Below the pieces are notes generated by a model that was given only the letters and a program-made list of their open reading frames with translations, was not told the origin of the DNA and ran no database searches. 32,000 nt of DNA, taken from positions 1,350,001 through 1,382,000 of the forward strand of contig NC_014972.1 in the NCBI RefSeq assembly GCF_000186885.1, given 5' to 3'. The position numbers were made by a program, and so were the translations under genes. Source of the DNA: Desulfobulbus propionicus DSM 2032 (lineage in GTDB: Bacteria > Desulfobacterota > Desulfobulbia > Desulfobulbales > Desulfobulbaceae). Shown here one piece after another: positions 31,876 through 32,000 of this stretch (within the stretch, counting starts at the first letter, position 1; every line of letters begins with the position of its first letter).

Positions 31876-32000
31876 TCAGGCTTTGGTGAGGAGTGGCTCC
31901 CGGCTGCGCTCTTTGGCTCGACGCCCGCTTTGGCCGCACCCGTCGGGATGGGGCGCCAAGACCGTCGCCGCCTGGATGGAAGTCATCTCCACGGCGGTTG
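31876..32000 (-). CDS. Possible 3' end of an upstream minus-strand gene (partial, unknown function)
   Basis: The reverse frame reads ...TAVEMTSIQAATVLAPHPDGCGQSGRRAKERSREPLLTKA*, with the stop at 31876..31878. It has strongly G/C-biased third positions (33 of 40 by my count), unlike the alternative frame. There is too little sequence for any family call. Confidence 0.3.
   Translation of the reverse strand, partial: TAVEMTSIQAATVLAPHPDGCGQSGRRAKERSREPLLTKA

Noticed and set aside
1-32000. Scanned the window for CRISPR-like regularly spaced repeats, tRNA/rRNA-like segments, IS terminal inverted repeats with a transposase, integrases, and toxin-antitoxin-sized gene pairs.
   Set aside because: None seen. 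All sizeable ORFs are accounted for by the genes listed, and no regularly spaced repeat array is present.

Overview
High-GC chromosomal segment. My own 60-nt spot counts give about 60-63% GC in most genes. The gene content looks deltaproteobacterial (Desulfuromonadales/Geobacter-like), but that is inference only. I can support 25 protein-coding genes (two cut by the window edges) and one gene remnant. I found no rRNA, tRNA, CRISPR array, transposase or integrase.

Signal transduction dominates the window:
- four PAS-rich histidine kinases: two are hybrid kinases (one of them with a 5TMR-LYT membrane sensor) and one is the partner of an OmpR-type response regulator
- a PAS-GGDEF cyclase
- a YqhC-like AraC regulator paired with a YqhD-like aldehyde reductase
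- an ECF sigma cassette

Other genes are an SDR oxidoreductase, a di-haem cytochrome c peroxidase, an ICMT-family methyltransferase, a malate synthase, a MOT1-family molybdate/sulfate transporter, a thioredoxin-type ArsC, an OlsF-like bifunctional aminolipid acyltransferase, a TPR protein and several secreted or lipoproteins of unknown function.

Most interesting observations:
1. A translationally coupled ECF cassette at 7634..5260. The Cys-less anti-sigma factor and the adjacent lipoprotein carry the same CBM48/E-set-like periplasmic domain. A secreted protein with a 50-aa Gly/Lys tail follows them. A divergent small secreted protein has two DGSCQ motifs behind an ECF-type promoter candidate.
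2. The arsC ORF has no stop codon at the normal ArsC length. It reads 822 nt antisense through the convergent OlsF-like gene.
3. An EEP-fold-like protein with substituted catalytic motifs sits upstream of the OlsF-like gene.
4. A 28-codon cupin N-terminal remnant lies downstream of the yqhD-like gene.
5. A 47-bp composite palindrome of 11-bp-phased ATGAAGA repeats lies in the response-regulator/ICMT divergent region.

Many very long ORFs in the track are antisense shadows of real genes, and I rejected them.
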